From assembly GCA_963667465.2 (NCBI GenBank), contig CAXXDN010000001.1, forward strand, positions 1 to 64,000: a DNA stretch of 64,000 nt, in the 5' to 3' direction. The notes under the pieces were generated by a model. The model had not been told where the DNA came from. It saw nothing but the letters and a program-made list of their open reading frames with translations, and ran no database searches. The stretch comes from Dehalococcoidia bacterium. Lineage in GTDB: Bacteria > Chloroflexota > Dehalococcoidia > UBA2979. How positions within the stretch are numbered: the first letter of the stretch is position 1; each line of letters begins with the position of its first letter. Positions 40,601 through 51,123 of this stretch are shown here, piece after piece. A program made the position numbers and the translations under genes.

Positions 40601-41904
40601 CGGTGTCCTCGCCCAAGGCCTCGAGCACCCGGTTCCAGCGCGATTGATGCGTGGCGGCGCTGTGCTCGTCGCGCCAGCCCGTGACCTCGCTCACGGTGAC
40701 GGCGTCGGCTGGCAGGGTGCAATCAGTGGACGTCTCCTGCGCTTCTGGTCCGGGATCAGGCGTCGGGGTCGGCGTTGGCGTTGGTGTTGGCGTCGGGGTC
40801 GGCAGCGGATAATCGTCGTCGGAGACGGCAGCCGTGGCCGCGCCCGCGCTCGACGACACGGTGTAGCCCGTGCCGCTCGCGAGCGTCGCCGTGACCGAGC
40901 CGTCGGGCTCGTCGGTTGCGTCGCCGCTCGTGCTGATCGTAAAGGACCTGGAGCCACTCGTGGGAATGGTGACGCTCTGTGAGCCGGTCGTGACGCCAAA
41001 GGCTCCCGTTGCGGACACCGTGACGCTCACGGTCAGCGCGGAGTGCGGCGTCGGGCTGGCGGTGATCGTGAAGCTGGCGTTGGCGCCTTCGATGACATCG
41101 CCGCCGGAGGCGATGCTCAGTTCGGGCACATCATCGTCCGCGACGGCAACCGTGGCCGCGCCCGAACTTGACGACACGGTGTAGCCCGTACCCGCGCCCA
41201 GCGTCGCCGTGACCGAGCCGTCGGGCTCGTCGGCGCTGTCGTTGGTCGTGGAGACGGTGAGCGTGTAACTGCCGGAGGCCGGGATCGTCACTGTCTGCGA
41301 ACCGGCCTGGGCGAAGTCGCCGCTCTGGGAGACGGTGACACTCACAGCGAGGTCGGAGGCGGGTGCGGGGCTGGCGGTGACGGTGAAGCTGGCGGCGGCG
41401 CCCTCGGTGACGCCCGAGCCTGCGGCGATGCTGATCTCAGGAGTGGGAGCAGGCGTGGGAGTCGGCGTGGGCGTCGGCGTTGGCGTCGGTGTGGGAGTCG
41501 GGGCGGCCTCGGCCGCCGCTTCGATGCACTCCAGCGCCTGCCGGATGGGCTTCCACCCTGACCAGCGCGCTTCCCGCGTGCGGGCCTCGGCGGCGGAGAA
41601 CGGCGTCAACTGCGAGTCCTCGACATCGCCGAAGGCGATCAGCACGCGCTTCCAGTTCAAGCCGGTGCGGCCCTGGGCCGTGTTGATGTCGTAGTAGAAG
41701 CGAACTCGCTCGAGCAGGGCGTCGCTCACGCAGCTCGACGCGTCCTGGGCGTTGGCGGTGGTCGTGGATGAAGCGCTGAACAGCAGCGTCGCCGCCATGA
41801 TCGCGAGCAGCGCGAGGCCAAACAGCGGCGCCCGCCAGCGGCGCGCTCTCATCGGGCGTCGCGCCCACAACGAACGTCGGGGGGGGGGGGGTCGCGTTGG
41901 TCAT
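37626..41904 (-). CDS. Large secreted adhesin-like protein (Calx-beta/Ig-like repeats, PT linkers); the best start is out of frame because of a G13 tract
   Basis: ORF 37626..41870 has VTEG...FTVTASPAP...DEPDGSVTATL...ATVAVADDD repeats. The ATG at 41904 with GGAGG is one base out of frame. An alternative in-frame ATG is at 41852. Confidence 0.8.
41879..41891. repeat. G13 homopolymer (C13 on the coding strand), candidate contingency locus
   Basis: The only long homopolymer I saw in the window; it begins in codon 5 after the ATG at 41904. Confidence 0.8.
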
Positions 41905-42115
41905 GCTTCGCCTCCAGTGGCAGGCCACTTACCCCGCGACCTGAGCCTGAGAAAGATCGTAACACGCAGATGCCTCTCGCCACATCCCACGCGCCCCCTC
42001 TCTCCGCCGATCGGCGGAGCCGCCGCCCTCGCGCAGCGGGGGTTGGCTGCGGGGCCCGTGCTACGATGACAGCGCGACCGGGTTTCAGTTGCGACCGGTC
42101 CCGGGTAGGGCCCGC

Positions 42116-43036
42116 ATGCCGCACACCCTCCTGCTTGCCGAGCCGCGCGGCTTCTGCGCCGGTGTCGTGCGCGCGATCGACATCCTCGACTCTGTGCTCG
42201 ACCGCGAGCCGCCGCCCGTCTACGCCTTCCACGAGATCGTGCACAACCGGCACGTCGTCGACGGCTTCCGCGCCCGCGGCGCGATCTTCGTCGACGCTGT
42301 CGCCGAGGTGCCCGAGGGCTCGCGCATCGTCTTCAGCGCCCACGGCGTCTCGCCCGCCGTGATCGACGAGGCGAAGCGCCGTCACCTGCGCATCATCGAC
42401 GCAACCTGCCCGCTGGTGACCCGTGTGCACCTCGAGACACGCAAGGCCGTCAGCGACGGCTACGACATCCTCCTCGTCGGCCATCGCGGCCACGACGAGA
42501 CCGCCGGCACGCTCGGCCAGGCGCCCGATCGCATGCGGATCGTCGAGGACGCCGGCGAGGTCGCCAGGATCGACCCCGGCGAGCGCCCGGTGTTCGTCGT
42601 CACGCAGACCACGCTCTCAATGGACGACACGGCGAGCACCATCGACGGGATCCGGGCCGTCTACCCCGACGCCGAGGTACGCAACGACATCTGCTACGCC
42701 ACCACCAACCGCCAGCTCGCCGTGCGCGCGATCGCCGAGCGGGCCGACTTGCTGCTCGTCGTCGGCTCGGCAAACTCGAGCAACTCCGTGCGGCTGCGCG
42801 AGGTTGCCGAGGCCGCCGGCGTGACCGCCTACCGGATCGACGGGATCGAGGAGATCGACCCCGCCTGGTACGAGGGTGTCGCTGTCGTGGGCCTCACCGC
42901 GGGGGCCTCTGTCCCCGACGAGCTCCTCAACCCGATCATCGAGGATCTGAAGGCGCGGGGCGTCTCCCGGATCGAGCCCGTCGTCGTCGCCGAGGAGACC
43001 GTGGAGTTTCGGCTGCCGGACGAGCTTGAGGTGTAG
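42116..43036 (+). CDS. ispH: 4-hydroxy-3-methylbut-2-enyl diphosphate reductase, copy 2
   Basis: Same three Cys and His motifs as copy 1, with scattered substitutions. Confidence 0.96.
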   Translation: MPHTLLLAEPRGFCAGVVRAIDILDSVLDREPPPVYAFHEIVHNRHVVDGFRARGAIFVDAVAEVPEGSRIVFSAHGVSPAVIDEAKRRHLRIIDATCPLVTRVHLETRKAVSDGYDILLVGHRGHDETAGTLGQAPDRMRIVEDAGEVARIDPGERPVFVVTQTTLSMDDTASTIDGIRAVYPDAEVRNDICYATTNRQLAVRAIAERADLLLVVGSANSSNSVRLREVAEAAGVTAYRIDGIEEIDPAWYEGVAVVGLTAGASVPDELLNPIIEDLKARGVSRIEPVVVAEETVEFRLPDELEV

Positions 43037-43041
43037 CGGAC

Positions 43042-43266
43042 ATGACCTGGGAGAGTTGCGCCGCGGTTGAGCGCCGTCTGGACACCCTCAGCGGGGCATG
43101 GGTGTTCCGCGGTACTCGCGTACCCGTCTCCACGCTCTTCGAGAACCTCAAGGATGGCGCCTCGACGGAGGAGTTCCTGGAGTGGTTCCCCGGCGTCGAG
43201 CGGAGCCACGTGGAGGCTGTCCTCGACCATGAAGTCGAGGGGTTGGCCGGCCCGATTCGTTCGTGA
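43042..43266 (+). CDS. DUF433 antitoxin
   Basis: SGAWVFRGTRVPVSTLFENLKDGASTEEFLEWFPGV. Confidence 0.9.
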   Translation: MTWESCAAVERRLDTLSGAWVFRGTRVPVSTLFENLKDGASTEEFLEWFPGVERSHVEAVLDHEVEGLAGPIRS

Positions 43267-43580
43267 GGATCCTGTTCGACCAGGGTGTACCCGCACCACT
43301 CCGCCAGGGCCTTCCCGGGCATGTGGTCGAGACCGCATTCGAGCGCGGCTGGTCCGACCTGCGCAACAGCGTGTTGCTTCAACGAGCGGAGGATGAGGGC
43401 TACGCGCTTCTGATCACGACCGACCAGAGCCTTCGGCACCAACAGAATCTCGCCGGGAGGAACCTCGGGGTTTTGGTATTGCTCTCAACCTCGTGGCCGC
43501 GCATCCAGTTGCGGGCAGACGACATCAAGGCCGTCGTCGATGTAATGGGCACGGGAGACATTCAGGAGATCAGCATCTGA
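43263..43580 (+). CDS. DUF5615 / VapC45-type PIN toxin
   Basis: RILFDQGVP, GWSDLRNSVLL, LLITTDQSLRHQQNL. Confidence 0.85.
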   Translation: MRILFDQGVPAPLRQGLPGHVVETAFERGWSDLRNSVLLQRAEDEGYALLITTDQSLRHQQNLAGRNLGVLVLLSTSWPRIQLRADDIKAVVDVMGTGDIQEISI

Positions 43581-43647
43581 AGTGAGTTCGACGACAACCG
43601 CTCGTCGTCGGCTCGGCAACGGTCACCCGGAACATCGCGAGGAAGGG

Positions 43648-43860
43648 TCACGCCGGAATGAGTTCGTCTCGCACCAGCTGGAGCCGGATCGCGCGAGGCC
43701 GATCGGGGTCGTCCTCGTCGAAGTGGGTACGAACGGCGTCGCGCGTCATCACGCGGAGTTCTTCGAAGGTGTCGGCCTCGGTGAAAATCGAGTACCCGAG
43801 CGCGCGGGCGGTGTAGCCGCCCTCCGGCGCTTCCTCGACCTCGAAGATGATCTCGCTCAT
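43648..43860 (-). CDS. HicB-like small protein (orphan antitoxin)
   Basis: EIIFEVEEAPEGGYTARALGYSIFTEADTFEEL; no adjacent hicA. Confidence 0.75.
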   Translation of the reverse strand: MSEIIFEVEEAPEGGYTARALGYSIFTEADTFEELRVMTRDAVRTHFDEDDPDRPRAIRLQLVRDELIPA

Positions 43861-44066
43861 CGGTCTCCCTGCCCCGAGAGTATAGCGCGGCCCCGGGCGC
43901 TTCCGGGATCTTCGCCGTGGCGGTCAGCCTCACGGGGCGCCGCTCGTCGACGTTGTCCATTGCCACGAGCGACTCGGAGACGAGCGTCACTGGCCGGCCC
44001 GGTCTAGAGTGATCGCCGTCCAGCTCGCCTGCGCCGGCGAGCGTCGGAAGGAAGAGAGCAGTCAGG

Positions 44067-45128
44067 ATGAGATCACGAGCCGCGATCCTGACGAGCGCCG
44101 ACGCGCCGATCCGCATCGAGGAAGTGGAGCTCGGCGACCCGGCGCCGGGCGACGTGCTCGTGCGGATGTCCGCGACCGGTGTCTGCCACTCCGACCTGCA
44201 CTACCTGCGCGGCTACCGCGAGGTGACGGCCCCGACACTGCTGGGCCACGAGGGCACGGGCGAGGTCATCGCCGTCGGCGAGGGCGTCTCGCACCTCGTG
44301 CCCGGTGATCGCATCGTCACCTCGCTTGTGCCGCGAGACGGCGATCCCGCCGGCTCGGGCACGCCGTGGTCGGACAGCTCGGTGACATGGCGCGGCGAGG
44401 AACTCGACGGCCACAAGAACAACATCTACACGTGGGCCGAGCACGCGCTGCTCAACGCCGAGTTCATGGTGAAGGTGCCGGCCGACACGCCTCTGGACGT
44501 GGTCGCGCCCCTCGGCTGCGGCGCGCTCACGGGCGCCGGGACGGTGCTCAACGCGCTGGACGCGCAGCCGGGCCGATCGGGCGCCGTGTTCGGCGCCGGC
44601 GGCGTCGGCCTCTCGGCCATCGCCGCGCTGCGCGTGCGAGGCTGCGACCCGATCATCGCCGTCGACCTCTCGGACGAGAAGCTCGAGTTCGCGCGCCGCT
44701 TCGGGGCGACCGAGGTCGTCAACGCCAGCGAGGGAGACCCGGCCAGGCTGGTCCGCGAGCTGAGCGGCGGCGGTGTCGACTACGCGATCGACGCGATCGG
44801 CGCGCGCGGGACCACGGAGCAGATCGTCAAGGCGGTGAAGCGCCGCCGTGGCGCCGAGCGCGGGGGCACCGCCGCGATGCTCGCCACCGGCAACATGGTG
44901 CGCGTGCCGACCGGCGAGATGGTCACGGGTCAGAAGTCGCTGATCGGCGTCCTGCTCGGCTCTGCCGTGCCGGAGCGCGACGTGCCCGAGCTCCTGCGCT
45001 GGCACCGCGAGGGCATGTTCGACCTCGACGCGCTCGTGACGGAGCGCTATGCGCTCGACGAGATCAACGAGGCGACAAGCCGGCTCGATCGCGGCGAGGT
45101 CTTCGGCCGCGGCATCGTCGTCTTCTAG
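44067..45128 (+). CDS. Zn-dependent medium-chain alcohol dehydrogenase lacking the structural-Zn loop
   Basis: GVCHSD, LLGHEG, PLGCG, FGAGGVG; no CxxCxxC cluster. Confidence 0.9.
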   Translation: MRSRAAILTSADAPIRIEEVELGDPAPGDVLVRMSATGVCHSDLHYLRGYREVTAPTLLGHEGTGEVIAVGEGVSHLVPGDRIVTSLVPRDGDPAGSGTPWSDSSVTWRGEELDGHKNNIYTWAEHALLNAEFMVKVPADTPLDVVAPLGCGALTGAGTVLNALDAQPGRSGAVFGAGGVGLSAIAALRVRGCDPIIAVDLSDEKLEFARRFGATEVVNASEGDPARLVRELSGGGVDYAIDAIGARGTTEQIVKAVKRRRGAERGGTAAMLATGNMVRVPTGEMVTGQKSLIGVLLGSAVPERDVPELLRWHREGMFDLDALVTERYALDEINEATSRLDRGEVFGRGIVVF

Positions 45129-45529
45129 CCCCCCGCCGGCGGCGGCGCGACGCGCACCGAGGCGCGGGTCACCTCGGTACCGTTGATCACGAGGTGGAAC
45201 GAGTGATCGCCGTAGGCGGGGAAGTTCACGCCGACGAGGTTCACCAGCACGCGCGCCGTGCCGCTCGTGCCGCCGCTCACCGGCGGCAACGGCATCTCGC
45301 CCTGGATGCGATCGATGATCTGCTGGCCGTCGGCGTCGTAGCCGCTGACCTCGAGGCGGTGCGAGCCCGCCTCGGCGACCGAGTAGCGGATCTGCGCGAC
45401 CATCGTGAGCAGCGGGTGGCGGGTCGGCACATCGGCGGCGTGGATCGTGTCCACGCCGATGCCGAGCGCGTGCAGCTTCCCGCCGGACTCCTCGGCGAAG
45501 TCGCTGAGGAAGGCGAACTCCAGGTCCAT
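45125..45529 (-). CDS. DUF6941-like protein
   Basis: MDLEFAFLSDFAEESGGKLHALGIG...VNFPAYGDHSFHLVING. Confidence 0.7.
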   Translation of the reverse strand: MDLEFAFLSDFAEESGGKLHALGIGVDTIHAADVPTRHPLLTMVAQIRYSVAEAGSHRLEVSGYDADGQQIIDRIQGEMPLPPVSGGTSGTARVLVNLVGVNFPAYGDHSFHLVINGTEVTRASVRVAPPPAGG

Positions 45530-45534
45530 CGTCG

Positions 45535-46971
45535 TCAGTTCCTTTCGTGGCCGCGCCGCCGCCCGATGTAGTCGGGACTGCGGCCATAGAAGGCGGCGGC
45601 GGCGTTCATCAGCGTCTCGCCGAGCGTGGGGTGCGGGTGGATGGTCAGCTCGAGGTCCTGCACCACGGCCCCCATCTCGATCGCCAGAGCGGCCTCCGAG
45701 ATCAGGTCGCCCGCCCCCACGCCGACGATGCCCACGCCGAGCACCCGATCGGTGTGCGGCTCGACGACGAGCTTGGTCGCGCCGTCGGTGCGGCCCAGCG
45801 TCGTCGCGCGGCCGGAGGCGGCCCACGGCAGCGTCGCGGTCTGCACCTCGATGCGCTGGTCCGCCGCCTCCGTCTCGGTCAGCCCGACCCAGGCGATCTC
45901 CGGGTCCGTGTAGACCACCGCAGGGATCACGCGCGCGTCCCAGACCAGCGGCCTCCCCGCGATCGCCTCGACGGCGACGCTGGCCTCGTGCGTGGCCTTG
46001 TGCGCGAGCATCGGCTCCCCCGCCACGTCGCCGATCGCGAAGATCGCCGGGTCCGCGCTGCGGCGCTGCATGTCCACCTCGACGAAGCCGCGCGCGTCGA
46101 GCTTCGCGCCTGTTTGCGCCAGGCCGAGGCCGGCGCTGTTCGGGCGGCGCCCGACGGCGACCAGCACCTGCTCGAACAGCTCCTCCGTGGGCTCGCCGTC
46201 GGAGCCGCCGAGGCGGCCCAGCACGCCGCCCTCCGCCTCCTCCATCGAGAGCACTGTCGTCTCCAGCCGGATCGCCTCGAAGTTGCGCCGCAGGCGGCGC
46301 TGCAATGTGCGCACGAGGTCGCGATCGACGCCGGGCAGCAGCCCGTTCGTCATCTCGACGACGGTGACGCGAGCGCCGAGCGCAGCGTAGACGCTGCCGA
46401 GCTCGAGCCCGATGTAGCCGCCGCCGATGACGAGCAGCGTCGCCGGCACGCGCTCCAGCTCCAGCGCCGAGGTGGAATCCAGCACCAGCGGCGAGTCCAG
46501 CGCGAGGCTCGGGACCGTCGCCGGGACGGAGCCGGTTGCGACGATCGCGTACTCGAAGCCAATCGTGCGCGGCTCGCCCTCGGCCGGGGTCACCTCGACG
46601 GAGCGCGGGCCGTTGAAGCGGGCGCGCCCGCTCACGAACTCGACGCCGTGCTGCTTCGTCAGCTGGCCGAGCCCGCCGGTCAGGCGGTTGACCACGCCCT
46701 GCTTCCACTGCCGCAACCTGTCGAGGTCGATCGAGGGCGGCCCGTAGCTGACGCCCCAGTCCTCGGCCTGCTTCGCCTCCTCGAGCTGCGCGGCGACGTG
46801 CAGCAGCGCCTTGGAGGGGATGCAGCCGCGGTAGAGACAGACGCCGCCGGGGTTCGGCGCGTCGTCGATCAGCGTGACCTTCATCCCCATGTCGGCCGCG
46901 AGGAACGCCGCCGGGTAGCCCCCCGGCCCCCCGCCGATCACGACCAGATCGCTGCCGCCGTCAGCCACCAT
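45535..46971 (-). CDS. lpdA: Dihydrolipoyl dehydrogenase (E3)
   Basis: GGGPGGY, GGVCLYRGCIPSK, HPHPTLGE. Confidence 0.96.
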   Translation of the reverse strand: MVADGGSDLVVIGGGPGGYPAAFLAADMGMKVTLIDDAPNPGGVCLYRGCIPSKALLHVAAQLEEAKQAEDWGVSYGPPSIDLDRLRQWKQGVVNRLTGGLGQLTKQHGVEFVSGRARFNGPRSVEVTPAEGEPRTIGFEYAIVATGSVPATVPSLALDSPLVLDSTSALELERVPATLLVIGGGYIGLELGSVYAALGARVTVVEMTNGLLPGVDRDLVRTLQRRLRRNFEAIRLETTVLSMEEAEGGVLGRLGGSDGEPTEELFEQVLVAVGRRPNSAGLGLAQTGAKLDARGFVEVDMQRRSADPAIFAIGDVAGEPMLAHKATHEASVAVEAIAGRPLVWDARVIPAVVYTDPEIAWVGLTETEAADQRIEVQTATLPWAASGRATTLGRTDGATKLVVEPHTDRVLGVGIVGVGAGDLISEAALAIEMGAVVQDLELTIHPHPTLGETLMNAAAAFYGRSPDYIGRRRGHERN

Positions 46972-48350
46972 CAGCCCTCCGATCCTGGCTCGGTCTCCGG
47001 GAACTCCTCGAGCATGTAGGGCCGCGGCTGTTCCAGTGTCTCGCAGATCCAGGCGAGGGCGCGCGCACCGTCGGCGCCGTCGATCAGCCGGTGGTCGAAG
47101 TTGATCGCCAGCGGCATGCGCAGCCGCGGCTCGAACTCGCTGCCGGTCCAGACCGGCTCCTGCTCCGCCCTCCCGACGGCGAGGATCCCGACCTGCGGCG
47201 GCAGCAGCACGGCGTTGAAGAAGCCGATCCCCATCCCCCCGAGGTTCGAGATCGTGAACGTCCCGCCTCGCAGGTCCTCGAGCGTGCTCTTGCGATCGCG
47301 CGCCCGCCCGATCAGCTCGCCGATCTCGATTGAGAGCTCGGTAATGCTCTTCTCGTCGGCGTTGCGTACGACGGGGACGATCAGGCCGTGGTCCGTGTCC
47401 GTTGCGACGCCGACGTGGACGTAGCGGCGGTAGACGATCTCCTCGCTCGCCACGTCGATCGAGGCGTTGAGCCGCGGGAACTCGCGCAGCGCCCCGGCGA
47501 CGACCTTCATCAGGATCGGCATCATCGTCAGCTGGCCGCCGGCGGCGGCGATGCGCTCGCGGTTGGCGCGGCGGATCGCCTCGAGCTCGGTGACGTCGGC
47601 CTTGCGCTGCAGCATCACGTGCGGGCTCTGCGACCAGGACTGGCTGAGCGTGCGCGCGGTCGTGCGCCGCACGCCGCTCATCCGCTCGCGGTCGACCTCG
47701 CCGAACTGCGAGAGGTCGGGCAGCGCGGTGGGCGGGGGCGCGGCGCCCCGTCGCGGCGCCTCGGGCGCACCGGGCGTGGCCGCCGCAGTCGCCTCGCTAC
47801 GCATCACCCGGGCGTGCGCCTTCACATCGTCGATCGAGACGCGCCCGCCCGGACCGCTGCCCGTCACCTCGCCGAGCGCCACGCCGATCTCGCGCGCGAA
47901 CATCCGCACCGAGGGCGAGGCGGGCACGAGGCCGCCGTCGGAAGGCAGCACGGGCGTAGCCGCTGCCGCTGGTCTCGCGGATGCGGCGGCGGGAGGCGCC
48001 GGGGCCGGTGTGGTCGGTGTGGGGGGAGGCGGCGGCGCAGCCGGCTCGCTGGCGGGTGGCGCGCTCGCGGCGGGCGCCTGTGGCGCGGCCGGCGAGGACG
48101 GCTTGACGCCCTCCTCGGCCTCGATCGCGACGATCGCCTGCCCCGGGCGGATCGTGTCGCCGACGCTGACATGGACGGCGGTGATCGCCCCCGCGTAGGG
48201 CGCGGGCACGTCGAGGTTCGCCTTCTCCGTCTCGACCTCGATCACGGGCGCGTCGCGCTCGACGCGGTCGCCCGCGTGGACGTGCACCGCGATCACCTCG
48301 GCCTCTTCGATGTCCTCGCCGAGGTCGGGCAGCAGATAGTCCGTGGCCAT
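46971..48350 (-). CDS. aceF: Dihydrolipoamide acetyltransferase (E2)
   Basis: Lipoyl domain EVETEKA, PASPSVR...GSGPGGRV, DHRLIDG. Confidence 0.9.
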   Translation of the reverse strand: MATDYLLPDLGEDIEEAEVIAVHVHAGDRVERDAPVIEVETEKANLDVPAPYAGAITAVHVSVGDTIRPGQAIVAIEAEEGVKPSSPAAPQAPAASAPPASEPAAPPPPPTPTTPAPAPPAAASARPAAAATPVLPSDGGLVPASPSVRMFAREIGVALGEVTGSGPGGRVSIDDVKAHARVMRSEATAAATPGAPEAPRRGAAPPPTALPDLSQFGEVDRERMSGVRRTTARTLSQSWSQSPHVMLQRKADVTELEAIRRANRERIAAAGGQLTMMPILMKVVAGALREFPRLNASIDVASEEIVYRRYVHVGVATDTDHGLIVPVVRNADEKSITELSIEIGELIGRARDRKSTLEDLRGGTFTISNLGGMGIGFFNAVLLPPQVGILAVGRAEQEPVWTGSEFEPRLRMPLAINFDHRLIDGADGARALAWICETLEQPRPYMLEEFPETEPGSEG

Positions 48351-48384
48351 GCGTCCTCCTGCAGCCCGTCGGGCGGCGCGTCGC

Positions 48385-51123
48385 TCAGACGAGCCGCGGG
48401 TTGACCTTCTCCGGGTCGATGTCGAGTTCCTCGATCGCCTGCTTCGGCACGCCTGCGGGGATCACTCCGTCGAGGGCGAGCGCGTGCAGCGCGGCGAGCG
48501 CGATGTGCTTCGCGTCCACCTCGAAGAAGTCGCGCAGCACCTCGCGAGTCTCGCTGCGCCCGAAGCCGTCCGTGCCGAGCGAGACGAGGCGGCCGGGCAG
48601 CCACTTGGCGACGGCGTCCGGCAGCGACTTGAGGTAGTCCGTCGCGGCAACGAACGGCCCCTCCGCGTCCGCGGTGACCTCGGCGAGATAGGAGCGCCGC
48701 GGCGGCTCGTCCGGGTGCAGCATGTTCCAGCGATCGGCGTCCATGGCGTCGCGGCGCAGCTCGCTGTAGCTGGTCACGGACCAGACGTCGGCGGCGACGC
48801 CGTAGCGCTCGCCCAGCAACTCCTGCGCGGCGACGACCTCGTTGAGGATCGCGCCGCTGCCGAAGAGCTGGACGCGCGGGCCGCGTCCCGCGGAACGGTT
48901 CAGCCGGTAGCTGCCGCGGATCACGCCCTCGGCCGCGTCCTCCGGCTGCTCGGGCTGCGGGTACGCCTCGTTGGTGACGGTCAGGTAGTAGAAGACGGGG
49001 TCCTGCAACTCGTGCATGCGGCGGATGCCCTCGCGCACGATCAGCGCCACCTCGTAGGCGTAGGCCGGGTCGTAGCTGAGCAGGTTCGGGACCACCGAGG
49101 AGAGTACGTGGCTGTGCCCGTCCTGGTGCTGCAACCCCTCGCCCTGCAGCGTGGTACGGCCCGCCGTCGCGCCTACCAGGAAGCCGCGCGTGCGTGAGTC
49201 GGCGGCCGCCCAGATCAGATCGCCCACGCGCTGGAAACCGAACATCGAGTAGAAGATGAAGAACGGCAGCGTGCACGCCCCATGCACCGCCGAGGCCGTC
49301 CCGGCAGCGATGAACGAGGCCAGCGACCCGGCCTCGGTGATGCCTTCCTCGAGGATCTGACCGTCGGTCGTCTCCTTGTAGTAGATCAGGCTGTCGGCAT
49401 CGACAGGCTCGTAGAGCTGGCCGACGTGCGAGTAGATGCCGGCCTCGCGGAACAGCGTCTCCATGCCGAAGGTACGGGCCTCGTCGGGAACGATCGGCAC
49501 GATCAGGTCGCCCACCGTCTCGTCGCGCAGCAGCCGCGAGAGCAGCCGCACGAACGCGAGCGTGGTCGAGACCTCGCGGCCCCCGGAGCCACCGCTGAAC
49601 TCCTCGAAGACCGACTCCGCCGGCGACATCCCGGCGCAGGAGATGGTGCGCCGCAGCGGCAGGAAACCGCCGAGGGCCTGGCGGCGCTGCTGCAGGTAGC
49701 GCGCCTCCGGGCTGTCCTCGCCGGGGCGGTAGAGCGGCGCGTGCACGACTTCCTCGTCGCTGAGCGGGATCGCGAAGCGGTCGCGGAAGTGCATCAGCTC
49801 GTCTTCGTTGAGCTTCTTCTGCTGGTGGGTGATGTTCTTGCCCTCGCCCGCCTCGCCGAGGCCGTAGCCCTTGATCGTGCGCGCGAGGATGACGGTCGGG
49901 CCGCCTTCGTGGCGCACCGCCGCGTGGTAGGCGGCGTGGACCTTGGCCGGGTCGTGCCCACCGAGGCGCATCGACCACAGTTCGTCGTCGCTCATGTGCT
50001 GCACCAGCTGCAGCAGGCGCGGATCGACGCCGTAGAAGTGCTCGCGGATGTAGGCGCCGCCGGCGACGGTGTACTTCTGGTACTCGCCGTCGACGACCTC
50101 GCCCATGCGCTTGGCCAGCAGGCCCTGGTCGTCGCGGGCCAGCAGCTCATCCCACTCGGCGCCCCACAGCACCTTGATCACGTTCCAGCCGGCGCCGCGG
50201 AAGACGGCCTCCAGCTCCTGGACAATCTGGCCGTTGCCGCGCACCGGGCCATCGAGGCGCTGCAGGTTGCAGTTGATCACGAAGATCAGGTTGTCGAGCT
50301 GCTCGCGCGCCGCCAGCGAGATCGCGCCCAGCGCCTCAGGCTCGTCCGTTTCGCCGTCGCCGAGGAAGACCCAGACCTTCGCGTCCGTCGGCTCCTTCAG
50401 CCCGCGATCGACGAGGTAGCGCATGAACCGCGCCTGGTAGATCCCCATCAGCGGGGCGAGGCCCATCGAGACGGTCGGGAACTTCCAGAAGTCCTCCATC
50501 AGCCAGGGGTGCGGGTACGAGGGCAGCCCGCCGCCCTCGGCCAGCTCGCGGCGGAAGTTGCGCACCAGCTCCTCGCTGATCCGCCCCTCCAGGTAGGCGC
50601 GTCCGTAGATGCCGGGCGAGGCGTGGCCCTGGATGTAGATCAGGTCGCCCCCGCTCGGGTCGTTCGCGCCGCGGAAGAAGTGGTGGAAGCCGACCTCGTA
50701 GAGCGTCGCTGCCGAGGCGTAGGTGGAGATGTGACCGCCGATGCCGTCCGCCTTGTTGTTGGCGTCGACGACCATCGCCATCGCATTCCAGCGCACAAAG
50801 CTCTTGATCCGCTGCTCGAGGTGGCGGTTGCCCGGGTAGGCGGGCTCACGCCCCACCGGAATCGTGTTGACGTACGGAGTGCGCGAGGTGACCGGCAGTG
50901 GCGCCATCTCCTTCTGCGCCTCCAGCTGCAGATCCTGTAGCAGCTCCGCGACGCGCTCCGGGCCGCGCCGGAAGAAGACCTCGTGCAGCGACTGGCGCCA
51001 CTCCTCGGTCTCGATCGCGTCGAGCTCGGCCTCGAGCGCGGCGCGCGCGGCCTCGAGGTCCGCGCCGTTGCCGTCAGGCGCGAGCTGCCCGCCGGCCTGG
51101 GTGGGTACGGCTTCGATGGTCAC
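48385..51123 (-). CDS. aceE: Pyruvate dehydrogenase E1, homodimeric type
   Basis: [42 protein letters not shown]; GTG start overlaps the lipA stop. Confidence 0.96.
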   Translation of the reverse strand: MTIEAVPTQAGGQLAPDGNGADLEAARAALEAELDAIETEEWRQSLHEVFFRRGPERVAELLQDLQLEAQKEMAPLPVTSRTPYVNTIPVGREPAYPGNRHLEQRIKSFVRWNAMAMVVDANNKADGIGGHISTYASAATLYEVGFHHFFRGANDPSGGDLIYIQGHASPGIYGRAYLEGRISEELVRNFRRELAEGGGLPSYPHPWLMEDFWKFPTVSMGLAPLMGIYQARFMRYLVDRGLKEPTDAKVWVFLGDGETDEPEALGAISLAAREQLDNLIFVINCNLQRLDGPVRGNGQIVQELEAVFRGAGWNVIKVLWGAEWDELLARDDQGLLAKRMGEVVDGEYQKYTVAGGAYIREHFYGVDPRLLQLVQHMSDDELWSMRLGGHDPAKVHAAYHAAVRHEGGPTVILARTIKGYGLGEAGEGKNITHQQKKLNEDELMHFRDRFAIPLSDEEVVHAPLYRPGEDSPEARYLQQRRQALGGFLPLRRTISCAGMSPAESVFEEFSGGSGGREVSTTLAFVRLLSRLLRDETVGDLIVPIVPDEARTFGMETLFREAGIYSHVGQLYEPVDADSLIYYKETTDGQILEEGITEAGSLASFIAAGTASAVHGACTLPFFIFYSMFGFQRVGDLIWAAADSRTRGFLVGATAGRTTLQGEGLQHQDGHSHVLSSVVPNLLSYDPAYAYEVALIVREGIRRMHELQDPVFYYLTVTNEAYPQPEQPEDAAEGVIRGSYRLNRSAGRGPRVQLFGSGAILNEVVAAQELLGERYGVAADVWSVTSYSELRRDAMDADRWNMLHPDEPPRRSYLAEVTADAEGPFVAATDYLKSLPDAVAKWLPGRLVSLGTDGFGRSETREVLRDFFEVDAKHIALAALHALALDGVIPAGVPKQAIEELDIDPEKVNPRLV

